Assembly (NCBI RefSeq): GCF_000012345.1
Contig: NC_007205.1
Coordinates: 1,170,001 to 1,202,000 of the forward strand
Length of the DNA stretch: 32,000 nucleotides
Reading direction: 5' to 3'
DNA from: Candidatus Pelagibacter ubique HTCC1062
Lineage (GTDB): Bacteria > Pseudomonadota > Alphaproteobacteria > Pelagibacterales > Pelagibacteraceae
The translations under genes were made by a program, and so were the position numbers. How positions within the stretch are numbered: position 1 is the first letter of the stretch; each line of letters starts with the position of its first letter. The notes beneath the pieces were generated by a model. It was not told the origin of the DNA, did not search any database, and saw only the letters and a list, made by a program, of their open reading frames with translations. Shown in pieces: positions 9,261 through 18,032 of this stretch.

Positions 9261-10877
9261 TTAATCCTTAAGGATATATCTAGATGTAATTAAAATAAAG
9301 CAACTTGCAATAAGAATAAGCAGTAATGATGGGGCCGCTGCAGCTTCAAGTAAATCTTGGGAAGCATAAATGTATGCTTTTGTTGCAAAGGTTTCAAAAT
9401 TAAATGGTCTCATAATTAGAGTAATGGGTAATTCCTTAATTATCTCTATAGTTAACAAAATACCTATTAATAAAACAGAATTCTTTAAATAAGGAACATG
9501 AATATTTTTAAATGTTTTAAGTTTTGAATAACCAAGAAGATAAGCACTTTCATCTATAGAATAATTAATCTTTAGGTAGCCAGATTTAATTCCATTATTT
9601 GCTAAGGAATAAAATCTTATAAAGTAAACTAAAATCAGACCAAAAATTGATCCAATAAAAATAGGTTTAATCGTTTCTGTTCCAAGATAATTAATCATAT
9701 TTAGATCTAACCATGAAATAAATGTTATAAAAGCAACTGCTAAAATAATTCCAGGTATTGCATATCCAGAAATAGAAAATGTATTTAATGCTTCTAAAAA
9801 TTTACTTTTTGAAACTCTGTTTCCATAGTTTGAAATAAAGGCTAATAATATTAATAAGCAACACGATAAAAAAACTAACAACATTGTATTTGAGAATAAT
9901 TCAATTAAATTTAAATCTAAAAAGTGTTTTGGAAAAATAATTGTCCAATATAACATTTGAAAAACTGGAAATAAAAAGCTTAAGAAAAATACTAACGTAC
10001 AAAATAAAAACGCTAAAATTGATTTATAATTATATAAATGAACTACAGATTTTGATTTAAACCCTCCTTTTGATGATGTGTGATATTGAGCTTTTTTTCT
10101 AGATAGATTTTCTATAACAAAAAGTCCAAGTATAAAAATTAACAAGTAAGATGATAACCTATTTGCTAAAGTAAGATCGTCAAAAGATATCCATGCATTA
10201 TAAATACCTGTTGTTAAAGTCGACACTCCAAAAAATGAAACAGAACCAAAATCTGATAAGGTCTCCATCGCAACCAACGAAAGGCCAGCAACTATTGCAG
10301 GTCTTGCTGAAGGTAAGATTATCTTAAAAAATGATTTTTGCTTAGAAAAGCCAAGGTTTTTACCAAGTTCTATTAAGTTTTGTGACTGATAATGAAATGA
10401 TGCTCTAGTTAATACGTAAATATAACCAAATAACGAAAATGATATTGAAATTATTGCGCCTAACATTCCATCAAACTTTGGAATATGAGCGTTGTAATTT
10501 CCCTCGCCCAATAAGTTTTTTAAAATTGAAAAAGCCGTTCCATAGTTTTCAAAAAAAGCAGTTAATGAATATGCATAAATATAGGCTGGTACTGCAAAAG
10601 ATAGGATTAAAGCCCATTTAAAGAAATTAACACCAGGAAATTTATAAAATGAAACTAAATAAGCACAACCAACTCCTATAATAAAAGTTAAGGTTAAAAC
10701 ACCTGTCAAAAGTATTAATGAATTATAAATATAATCTAAAAGAAAAGTATTTTTTAAAACTGTTACATAGCCTCCAGTTGTTTCAAAGAAACTACTGAAT
10801 ACAGTTATAATGGGTACAGCTACAATTATGGATATGACAAAAGAACTAAAATACCAAATGTTAATCTTATTACCCAT
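9261..10877 (-). CDS. fbpB: iron(III) ABC transporter permease (fused double permease)
   Basis: 538 aa, about 12 TM, two repeated permease halves as in FbpB/AfuB/SfuB. It sits between the binding-protein and ATPase genes. Confidence 0.8.
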   Translation of the reverse strand: MGNKINIWYFSSFVISIIVAVPIITVFSSFFETTGGYVTVLKNTFLLDYIYNSLILLTGVLTLTFIIGVGCAYLVSFYKFPGVNFFKWALILSFAVPAYIYAYSLTAFFENYGTAFSILKNLLGEGNYNAHIPKFDGMLGAIISISFSLFGYIYVLTRASFHYQSQNLIELGKNLGFSKQKSFFKIILPSARPAIVAGLSLVAMETLSDFGSVSFFGVSTLTTGIYNAWISFDDLTLANRLSSYLLIFILGLFVIENLSRKKAQYHTSSKGGFKSKSVVHLYNYKSILAFLFCTLVFFLSFLFPVFQMLYWTIIFPKHFLDLNLIELFSNTMLLVFLSCCLLILLAFISNYGNRVSKSKFLEALNTFSISGYAIPGIILAVAFITFISWLDLNMINYLGTETIKPIFIGSIFGLILVYFIRFYSLANNGIKSGYLKINYSIDESAYLLGYSKLKTFKNIHVPYLKNSVLLIGILLTIEIIKELPITLIMRPFNFETFATKAYIYASQDLLEAAAAPSLLLILIASCFILITSRYILKD

Positions 10878-10951
10878 TTTTTAACAACGCACTAATAACA
10901 TCAAGCAGGGTAATTAACTTAATATTAAAAGCGCGCTGTGTTATAACCTCT

Positions 10952-11971
10952 TTATTTCCACTTCGCGTTAAGCATTATCTCTAATGCGATAGCTTGATTT
11001 TTTCCGTAATTAGCTACTTTAGTTTTAAGGTCTTGTTTAAAATTAAACCCCATTTGTGTAATTAATCCATGAGGCTCAACACCTTCAATCATTGGATATT
11101 CATACGTATTATTAACAATATGTTGTTGAGCATCTTTAGTTAATAAAAACTCTAACAGTTTAATTGCGTTATCTTTATTTGGAGCATATTTTAATATTCC
11201 ACCTCCACTAATATTCATATGTGTTCCTCTATCACCCTGATTTGGGAAAAATGGTAATACTTTTTTTGCAGCCTCTTGTTGCTCTGCACCTTTACTACCA
11301 GAAAGCATAAGTGCGTAATAATAAGTATTTGCAACAGCAATATCAGCTTCGCCAGCTGCTACAGCTAAAATCTGAGCTCTATCATTTCCCTTTGAGTCTC
11401 TAGCCATATTCTTAACCAAATTTTCTGCCCAAATAGTAGTTCTCTCTTTTCCATTATTATCTATTAATGAAGCTACTAGAGATTGATTATAAATATTATT
11501 AGATTGTCTTATAACAATTCTACCTTTCCACTTAGGATCAGCAAGACCTTCATAAGTCAATCCATTAAGATCATTGTCACTTACTCTCTCTGGAGAGTAA
11601 TAAATTATTCGTGCTCTTTTAGCTATTCCTGTCCAATTTTTAGATCTAAAGTTTGCCGGTACTGCAGATTTAATTGCTGGCGACATAGAGTTTTGAAACA
11701 TCCCTTTTAAATCGAAAAGTCCTAACTTTCCAGCATCAGCTGTAATATAAAGATCAGCTTTTGAATCTTTTCCTTCTTCTATAATTCTTTTTTGAAGAGA
11801 TTTATCTTTGCCGGATATGACATTCACTTTAATTCCAGTTTGAGATGTAAATTTATTGTAAAGCTGGATATCTGAATCGTAATGTCTTGCACTAAAAACA
11901 TTAACTTCATTAGCTAATGTCATGCTTTTAAAAAAACTCAAGGTTAATATAATAAGTATAATTTTTTTCAT
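10952..11971 (-). CDS. fbpA: Fe(3+) ABC transporter periplasmic substrate-binding protein
   Basis: Signal peptide, then VNVFSARHYDSD and a mature domain of about 320 aa typical of the FbpA/AfuA/SfuA family. AAGGAA Shine-Dalgarno 6 nt upstream of the ATG. Confidence 0.8.
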   Translation of the reverse strand: MKKIILIILTLSFFKSMTLANEVNVFSARHYDSDIQLYNKFTSQTGIKVNVISGKDKSLQKRIIEEGKDSKADLYITADAGKLGLFDLKGMFQNSMSPAIKSAVPANFRSKNWTGIAKRARIIYYSPERVSDNDLNGLTYEGLADPKWKGRIVIRQSNNIYNQSLVASLIDNNGKERTTIWAENLVKNMARDSKGNDRAQILAVAAGEADIAVANTYYYALMLSGSKGAEQQEAAKKVLPFFPNQGDRGTHMNISGGGILKYAPNKDNAIKLLEFLLTKDAQQHIVNNTYEYPMIEGVEPHGLITQMGFNFKQDLKTKVANYGKNQAIALEIMLNAKWK

Positions 11972-12010
11972 TTTTTCCTTTATTTTTTACCCTTGATTAG
12001 TTTAGAATGC

Positions 12011-12039
12011 TTATTATTAACATTGCGAATGATTATCAA
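12011..12039 (-). promoter_or_regulatory. candidate sigma70-type promoter of the iron uptake operon
   Basis: Read on the minus strand: TTGATA (12039-12034), a 17-nt spacer, then TAATAA (12016-12011). The -10 ends 39 nt upstream of the fbpA ATG. Confidence 0.35.
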
Positions 12040-12043
12040 TCGC
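12025..12043 (-). promoter_or_regulatory. Fur-box-like 19-bp palindrome overlapping the -35
   Basis: The minus-strand sequence GCGATTGATAATCATTCGC matches the classical Fur consensus GATAATGATAATCATTATC at 14/19 positions. It is self-complementary at 16/19. Confidence 0.5.
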
Positions 12044-12071
12044 ATTTATTGACGCAGTTTACAATGGTTAA

Positions 12072-12365
12072 TTAAGTTAATATCCGGATAAGCAGATTAC
12101 TTAGGAAAGACATGAATGCATAAAACCCTATAAAGAAATTGCAGTACATTATTGAGACAGCCCGGTTTCTAACTCTTCTTTTTCTTACAAATGGCTTATC
12201 ATCAAGGTCTGAAACATCTCTTTCTCCAATTACTTGATAGTCATATGACCAACGCCATACAGAATTACCAAAACGTTCATCTGTCTTATTGTAGTAGATA
12301 ATCCAAGCAACAATGTATCTGTGAGAAATATAAAGAATGACTAAAAGTATACTACTTATAAGCAT
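12072..12365 (-). CDS. hypothetical small membrane protein (two predicted TM helices)
   Basis: 97-aa ORF downstream of aceA on the same strand. Hydrophobic N- and C-terminal segments flank a charged loop (DVSDLDDKPFVRKRRVRNR). No family recognised. Confidence 0.4.
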   Translation of the reverse strand: MLISSILLVILYISHRYIVAWIIYYNKTDERFGNSVWRWSYDYQVIGERDVSDLDDKPFVRKRRVRNRAVSIMYCNFFIGFYAFMSFLSNLLIRILT

Positions 12366-12387
12366 CTAAATATATAATCATATTTAG
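12366..12387 (-). other. A/U-rich intercistronic hairpin abutting the small-ORF start codon
   Basis: CTAAATAT (12366-12373) and ATATTTAG (12380-12387) are perfect reverse complements around a 6-nt loop. The structure is weak, with one G:C pair. Confidence 0.25.
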
Positions 12388-12406
12388 AAAGGTTATTAAA
12401 GACTAA

Positions 12407-13681
12407 TTAAAACTGCTCAGATTCTGTTGATCCTGCCATAGCAGTTGTAGAACTTTTTCCACTACTTATGGTATTTGAAACTGCATCAAAATAAGATGTT
12501 CCAACTTCTCGTTGGTGTTTAACACTTGTATAGCCATCTTTTTCTCTAGCAAACTCAAGCTCTTGGATTTTAGAATAAGCAGTCATTCCTTCTGTTTTAT
12601 ATTTTTCAGCAAGTTCAAAAATTGCAATATTTTGAGTATGAAATCCTGCAAGAGTTATAAATTGGAATTTATATCCCATCTCACTAATTTTTTGCTGAAA
12701 TGTTGCAATCTCAGCATCTGATAAATGCTTTTTCCAATTGAATGAGGGGGAGCAATTGTAAGCTAATAATTTACCAGGAAACTTTTTATGAATTGCATCT
12801 GCAAACTTTTTTGCCTCTTCTAAGTTTGGTGTTGCAGTTTCACACCAGATTAAATCTGAATAAGGCGCGTATGCTAAACCTCTGGAAATTGCTTGATCAA
12901 TTCCGTGTTTAACATAATAAAAACCTTCTGGTGATCTTTCACCAGTTAAAAATGGTTTATCATTTTCATCAAAATCATTCGTAATTAATTTTGCAGCATT
13001 AGCGTCAGTCCTTGCTAAAATTATTAAGGGTACATCTGCGATATCCGCTGCAAGTCTTGCAGCTTTTAAGTTTTTAATCATAGTGCCAGTTGGAACTAAA
13101 ACTTTTCCACCCATATGGCCACATTTTTTTTCGCTAGCTAATTGATCTTCAAAGTGAACTCCAGCCGCACCTGCTTTAATAAATTTTTTTGCTAATTCAA
13201 AAACATTTAATGGACCACCAAAACCTGCTTCACCATCTGCAATAATAGGCAACATATAATCTGTTCTATCATTTGATTTCATTTCACCATCTTGTAATTC
13301 CATATGCTGAATTTGATCTGCTCTAATTAATGCATTATTCATCGACTCAACTAATTTTGGCGCACTATCATATGGATATAAGGATTGATCTGGATACATT
13401 TCACCAGCCGTATTTGCATCAGCTGCTACTTGCCATCCACTTAAATAAATTGCTTTTAATCCAGCTTTTGCATGTTGAATAGCATGGTTTCCCGATAGAG
13501 ATCCCAATGTATTAATATAATTTTCTGAATTTAACAAATCCCATAATTTTTTGGATTGGTGTTTACACATAGAGTATTCAATTTTAAATGAACCTCTTAA
13601 TCTCTCAACCTCTTCTGGGGTATAATCTCTTTTAATTCCTGCAAATCTTTTTAAATCGTATGAGATGTTCTCAGCACTCAT
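12407..13681 (-). CDS. aceA: isocitrate lyase
   Basis: Signature KKCGHMGGK and 424 aa colinear with bacterial ICL ([26 protein letters not shown]). Confidence 0.95.
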   Translation of the reverse strand: MSAENISYDLKRFAGIKRDYTPEEVERLRGSFKIEYSMCKHQSKKLWDLLNSENYINTLGSLSGNHAIQHAKAGLKAIYLSGWQVAADANTAGEMYPDQSLYPYDSAPKLVESMNNALIRADQIQHMELQDGEMKSNDRTDYMLPIIADGEAGFGGPLNVFELAKKFIKAGAAGVHFEDQLASEKKCGHMGGKVLVPTGTMIKNLKAARLAADIADVPLIILARTDANAAKLITNDFDENDKPFLTGERSPEGFYYVKHGIDQAISRGLAYAPYSDLIWCETATPNLEEAKKFADAIHKKFPGKLLAYNCSPSFNWKKHLSDAEIATFQQKISEMGYKFQFITLAGFHTQNIAIFELAEKYKTEGMTAYSKIQELEFAREKDGYTSVKHQREVGTSYFDAVSNTISSGKSSTTAMAGSTESEQF

Positions 13682-13726
13682 TTAGTCCTTTACTGTTATG
13701 TTGTGAAAATATTTTAAGTGAACGAA

Positions 13727-13888
13727 TTAATTACTGTCGTTGATTTGATCAACTAAAGCATCCATTCCACTTGAGCCCCAATCACAGTGATCATCTCTTA
13801 TATAAATGCCTTTTGCATTATATTGAGAAATGTCTTCTTCTCTTATGATTTGAGCTTCATTTTCAGTATTTTTAATTTTATCGTCCAT
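13727..13888 (-). CDS. hypothetical small acidic protein (53 aa from the ATG at 13888; ORF track extends to 13927)
   Basis: Open frame 45 nt upstream of aceA on the same strand. I prefer the internal ATG (MDDKIK...) because 13900-13917 carries operator-like 9-mers. No family recognised. Confidence 0.35.
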   Translation of the reverse strand: MDDKIKNTENEAQIIREEDISQYNAKGIYIRDDHCDWGSSGMDALVDQINDSN

Positions 13889-13899
13889 GTAAACTTTAT

Positions 13900-13990
13900 A
13901 ATTTACTAAATTTACAAATTCCAACAAAATCGTTAAAAACCTTGTAAAACAACATAATTTATTGTAAATTAAAATTTACAAAATTTACAA
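13900..13990. promoter_or_regulatory. array of AATTTACAA 9-mers including a perfect palindrome; candidate RamB-type operator and divergent promoter region
   Basis: AATTTACTA+AATTTACAA in tandem at 13900-13917. TTGTAAAA at 13942-13949. Perfect inverted repeat TTGTAAATT-AA-AATTTACAA at 13962-13981, followed directly by another AATTTACAA at 13982-13990. Confidence 0.5.
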
Positions 13991-13999
13991 ATAACTTAT

Positions 14000-15433
14000 A
14001 TGAGTCAATTAGATATTAAAATAGGTCCAAAAATAAAAGCTTTTAGAAGGCAGTTAGGACTGCAAGCTAATAAACTTTCAGAGGATCTAGGAATTTCTCC
14101 AAGCTATTTGAATTTAATTGAAAGTGGAAAAAGAAAAATAGATGGAGATTTATTACTTAAGGTTTGTGAAAAATTAAATATTCAACTTTCAGACTTAACT
14201 TCAAAATCAGATATTAATTTAGAAAATACAATTTCAGAAATTTTAGATGATAAATTATTTGAAGACTTAGATATTCTTGGTCCTGAAGTTAAAGACCTTG
14301 TTGGCACAAACCCAAAGATCGGTAGAGCCCTTGTTAGATTAGGAGATATTCTTAAAAAGAAAGATCACGAACTAATTGATAAAATAGAAAAAATTTCAGG
14401 TAAGATAGTGGATAATAGAAAAAACTCTTTTCCTGGCGAAGTAATATCTGATTTTCTTCAACAGCATAAAAACTATTTTCCAAAATTAGAAGAATTTGCA
14501 AATAAAGTTTTTGATAAAATTCAAAAAAATAATAGAACTCGATATATTGCGTTATGTGAGTATTTAAATAAAGAATATTCAATTACAGTAAAAGATATTT
14601 TACCTGAAGAAGGAAAGCCTTTTTCTAAAATCTATAATAAGAGCAAAAAAGAACTTTTGTTAAGTGATTATAGTTCCCTAGAAACAAAAAAACTTCATGC
14701 AGCAGCTCAGATAGCTCAAGAAGGAGCAATGAAAGATATTGATATTTATTTATCAAAATTTTCTTTTCCATCAGATGAGTCTAAAAAATTAACTAAAGTT
14801 GCATTATTGAATTATTGTGGTGCTGCAATTTTAATGCCTTACAAGCCCTTTCATGCTGAATGTAAAAAATTAAAATATGACTTGGAACTTTTACAAAATA
14901 CATTTGCAACTTCTTTTGAGCAAGTTGCTCACCGTGTAACATGTTTACAAGACCCAAAATTACCTGGAATTCCTTTTCACATGTTAAGAGTTGATATGGC
15001 TGGAAATATTTCAAAAAGATTTTCATTATCAGGAATTGATATACCAAGATATGGTGGTGCATGTCCTAGATGGAATGTTTATTCAGCCTTCACAAGACCC
15101 GGTGTTATTCAAGCAGCAGTTAGTAAAATGACTAATGGTGAAAAATATGTGTGTATTGCAAGAACAGTTGAAAAAGGTGTCGGACGATTTGGTCAATCAA
15201 AAAGTATTTTATCAATTGGACTAGGTTGTGACGCAAAGTATGCAAAAGATTTTGTGTACACTGAAAACATTAATGTAAGTGATAAAACTACAGAAATTCC
15301 CATTGGTGTATCTTGCAGAACTTGTGATAGATTGGATTGTCCACAAAGAGCGTTTCCACCTTTACACAAAAAATTTGATGTAGATATCAATTCTAGAGGT
15401 GTTTCAGTTTATGTTAATGATAAGTCTAGTTAA
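14000..15433 (+). CDS. ramB: RamB/ScfR-type short-chain fatty acyl-CoA regulator (XRE HTH + ImmA/IrrE-like domain + Cys-rich C-terminal domain)
   Basis: N-terminal XRE HTH with the family-typical LGISPSYLNLIESGKR. Central IMPY..F segment. C-terminal GACPRWNV ... CRTCDRLDCPQRAFPP cysteine motif. Divergent from aceA, as in actinobacterial and Paracoccus RamB loci. Confidence 0.75.
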   Translation: MSQLDIKIGPKIKAFRRQLGLQANKLSEDLGISPSYLNLIESGKRKIDGDLLLKVCEKLNIQLSDLTSKSDINLENTISEILDDKLFEDLDILGPEVKDLVGTNPKIGRALVRLGDILKKKDHELIDKIEKISGKIVDNRKNSFPGEVISDFLQQHKNYFPKLEEFANKVFDKIQKNNRTRYIALCEYLNKEYSITVKDILPEEGKPFSKIYNKSKKELLLSDYSSLETKKLHAAAQIAQEGAMKDIDIYLSKFSFPSDESKKLTKVALLNYCGAAILMPYKPFHAECKKLKYDLELLQNTFATSFEQVAHRVTCLQDPKLPGIPFHMLRVDMAGNISKRFSLSGIDIPRYGGACPRWNVYSAFTRPGVIQAAVSKMTNGEKYVCIARTVEKGVGRFGQSKSILSIGLGCDAKYAKDFVYTENINVSDKTTEIPIGVSCRTCDRLDCPQRAFPPLHKKFDVDINSRGVSVYVNDKSS

Positions 15434-16324
15434 TTAAGACTTCCAATCACCAATTTTACTAAACAAAAAGTTCCTAAAAGCGGTTATTCTTGCTGTGTTT
15501 TTAAGTGATTGAGGATAGACAAAGTGAGCCTCTGTTATAGGTCCTTCCGAACTAGGAAGTACTTTTATTATATTATTTGAATTTGAAACTAAATACTCTG
15601 GAAGTGCTGCAAGACCTACACCAGCTTCAACTGCTAAAAGTAAACCCATAACACTATTAACTTTCATTACTGGTTTTCTTTTTTTACCATCTTTAATTCC
15701 AAGTTTTAAAGCCCAATCTGGATCATAGACAGGAGATGGTGCTCCTTTTCCAAATGAAATGAATTTATGTTTATTAAGGTCTGAAATAGTTTTAGGCATC
15801 CCATGTTTTTCTAAATATTTATTAGAACCATAAATATAATATTTTAAATCCACTAATTTTTTTTGAATATAATTAAGCTGCTTAGGTCTTCTCATGAAAA
15901 TACCTATATCTGCCTGTCTCGTACTTAAGTCTAATTCCCTATCTTCAAAAATTAATTCAATTTCTATTTCAGGGTTTAAAGTCATAAATTCTTGAATACG
16001 AGGTGTTAACCAATGGGTACCAAAACTTCTAACTGTTGTAATGGTTAATTTACCAGTTGGTTTATTTTTTTGATCTCCCAAAGTAGATTCAACTTCTTTT
16101 AATTTACTAATTACATCATGAGCTGTTTTAAATAAATATTCACCATTTTCAGTTAATGTAAGACCTCTTGCGTGTCTTTCAAAGAGTTGTACTTTAAGAT
16201 CTTGTTCTAAAGATTGAATTTGTCTGCTAATTGCTGACTGACTTAAGTTTAGGTTTATTGTTGCGTTAGTAAAGCTTCCAGCTTCTGCAACTGCATGAAA
16301 TATTTTTAGTTTATCCCAATCCAT
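15434..16324 (-). CDS. LysR-family transcriptional regulator
   Basis: N-terminal wHTH (LKIFHAVAEAGSFTNATINLNLSQSAISRQIQSLE) plus a substrate-binding domain of about 200 aa. Confidence 0.9.
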   Translation of the reverse strand: MDWDKLKIFHAVAEAGSFTNATINLNLSQSAISRQIQSLEQDLKVQLFERHARGLTLTENGEYLFKTAHDVISKLKEVESTLGDQKNKPTGKLTITTVRSFGTHWLTPRIQEFMTLNPEIEIELIFEDRELDLSTRQADIGIFMRRPKQLNYIQKKLVDLKYYIYGSNKYLEKHGMPKTISDLNKHKFISFGKGAPSPVYDPDWALKLGIKDGKKRKPVMKVNSVMGLLLAVEAGVGLAALPEYLVSNSNNIIKVLPSSEGPITEAHFVYPQSLKNTARITAFRNFLFSKIGDWKS

Positions 16325-17326
16325 TTATTTATTAAGATCAACAATATATCGTCCAGATGTCTCACCTTTTAGCATTTTCGGATATATATCTATTAAATCT
16401 TCTAAACTCACAGTTTTAATTGATTTTTCTAATTGTTCAAAATCAATAAGACTTTTAACTTCATTCCAAACAAACTCCCTTCTTTTAATCGATGCTGTAA
16501 CCGAGTTAATTCCCCAAAGTTTAACACCTCTAATAATAAAAGGCATAACTGTTGTATTTAATTTATAATCAGAGGCGTTTCCACAGGCTGCAACAATTCC
16601 ATTGTCTCTTGTTTGTGCAAGCGCATTAGCAAGTATCTTTCCACCAACAGTATCAACAACACCGTCCCATAAACCTTTGTCTAATGGTCTAGCGTCTTTA
16701 TCTAAATCTGCTTTATTTATTATATTTTTAGCGCCTAATGATCTTAAATATTTTTCATTTTCTGCCTTTCCAGTAACAGCTGTAACATCATAACCAAATT
16801 TATTTAAAATCATCACTGCAATACTTCCAACACCACCGGATGCACCAGTAACTAAAACATCTTTTACTTTTTCACCTAACAAAAGTTCTTCTCTAGCTTT
16901 GATTGCAAAAGAACATAACAATGCTGTTAATCCAGCAGTCCCTAAGATCATTGCTTGTTTAGATGAGATATCTTTTGGTTTTTTAACTAAGTAATCTCCA
17001 TTAACTTTAGCAAACTGAGAATAGCCACCAAAGTAAATTTCGCCAACTCTCCAACCTGTAAGGATTACTTCATCCCCTTTTATAAATTTAGAATTATCAC
17101 TTTCTAAAACAGTGCCTGCGAAATCAATTCCTGGGATATGTGGAAATTCTTTTACTAATTTTGCCCCATTATTTAAAATAAGTGCATCTTTATAGTTTAA
17201 GTCTGAATAATCTACTTGAACAAGTACATCGCCATGTTTTAAAAATGATTTATCTATTGATTTTACTTCTCGTGTAAAATTTTCACTTTCTTGATTGACA
17301 ACTAGTGCTTTAAAATTATCTGACAT
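16325..17326 (-). CDS. acuI: YhdH/AcuI-type acrylyl-CoA reductase (MDR-superfamily NADPH oxidoreductase)
   Basis: Colinear by eye with E. coli YhdH: SDLNYKDAL, FPHIPGIDFAGTV, LTGW.VGE..GGY, VTGASGGVGS, TTVMPFIIRGVKL. Confidence 0.8.
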   Translation of the reverse strand: MSDNFKALVVNQESENFTREVKSIDKSFLKHGDVLVQVDYSDLNYKDALILNNGAKLVKEFPHIPGIDFAGTVLESDNSKFIKGDEVILTGWRVGEIYFGGYSQFAKVNGDYLVKKPKDISSKQAMILGTAGLTALLCSFAIKAREELLLGEKVKDVLVTGASGGVGSIAVMILNKFGYDVTAVTGKAENEKYLRSLGAKNIINKADLDKDARPLDKGLWDGVVDTVGGKILANALAQTRDNGIVAACGNASDYKLNTTVMPFIIRGVKLWGINSVTASIKRREFVWNEVKSLIDFEQLEKSIKTVSLEDLIDIYPKMLKGETSGRYIVDLNK

Positions 17327-17346
17327 GCTTTTCCTCCTTAAGAAGG

Positions 17347-17955
17347 TTACTTACTAATAAATCTCAAATATCTATTCTGAACACTTAAATCTTTTTTAAA
17401 TTCCCCTAAGAAATAATTTGTAACCGTTGTTGCATTTTCTTTTTTAATACCTCTCATCGTCATACATTGGTGTGCTGCATCAATTGTAACAGCAACTCCT
17501 TTTGCATCTAATGAAGTCATTAAAGCTTGAGCAACTTGCATTGTTAATCTTTCTTGTGTCTGTAATCTTTTTGAAAAAACTTCTACTACTCTTGCAAGTT
17601 TACTTAAACCTACAACTCTTTCATTTGGAATATAAGCAACATGTGCTGTACCAACTATTGGTGCCATATGATGTTCACAATGACTTGATACTGAAATATT
17701 TTTTTCAACAACCATGTCATCATAACCTTCAACATCGCCGAAAGTTTTCTCTAAAATTTTTTCAGCATCTTCAGTGTATCCACCAAAATATTCTTTAAAT
17801 GCTTTAACAACTCTTTTTGGAGTTTCTAATAACCCTTCTCTACTAGGGTCTTCACCCATCCAAGTTAAAATAGTTTTAAAAGCCTCTTCAGCTTCTTTGT
17901 CAGAAACTTTTTTGGTATCTAAAATCTTGCTATCTGTGTCTTCGACTAATTTCAT
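17347..17955 (-). CDS. folE: GTP cyclohydrolase I
   Basis: SSHCEHHMAPIVGTAHVAYIP and QERLT motifs, about 200 aa. Confidence 0.95.
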   Translation of the reverse strand: MKLVEDTDSKILDTKKVSDKEAEEAFKTILTWMGEDPSREGLLETPKRVVKAFKEYFGGYTEDAEKILEKTFGDVEGYDDMVVEKNISVSSHCEHHMAPIVGTAHVAYIPNERVVGLSKLARVVEVFSKRLQTQERLTMQVAQALMTSLDAKGVAVTIDAAHQCMTMRGIKKENATTVTNYFLGEFKKDLSVQNRYLRFISK

Positions 17956-18032
17956 AAGGCAACTTTATACAGTAAATCATTGTTTTTAAAATATTTAATA
18001 TATCTAACAATATGCTACATAATTACCTAATT

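Noticed and set aside
10930-10937. G+C-rich palindrome AGCGCGCT in the 74-nt spacer between the iron binding-protein and permease genes; considered as an intra-operon stabilising hairpin.
   Set aside because: I could not pair it with a partner arm to form a stem-loop. A loop-less 8-mer palindrome cannot fold on its own. Nothing supports a function.
12001-12017. TTTAGAATGCTTATTAT upstream of fbpA, considered as an Irr-type iron control element (TTTAGAA-N3-TTCTAAA).
   Set aside because: Only the left half-site matches; the right half matches about 4/7. The Fur-like palindrome 8 nt away is a much better candidate.
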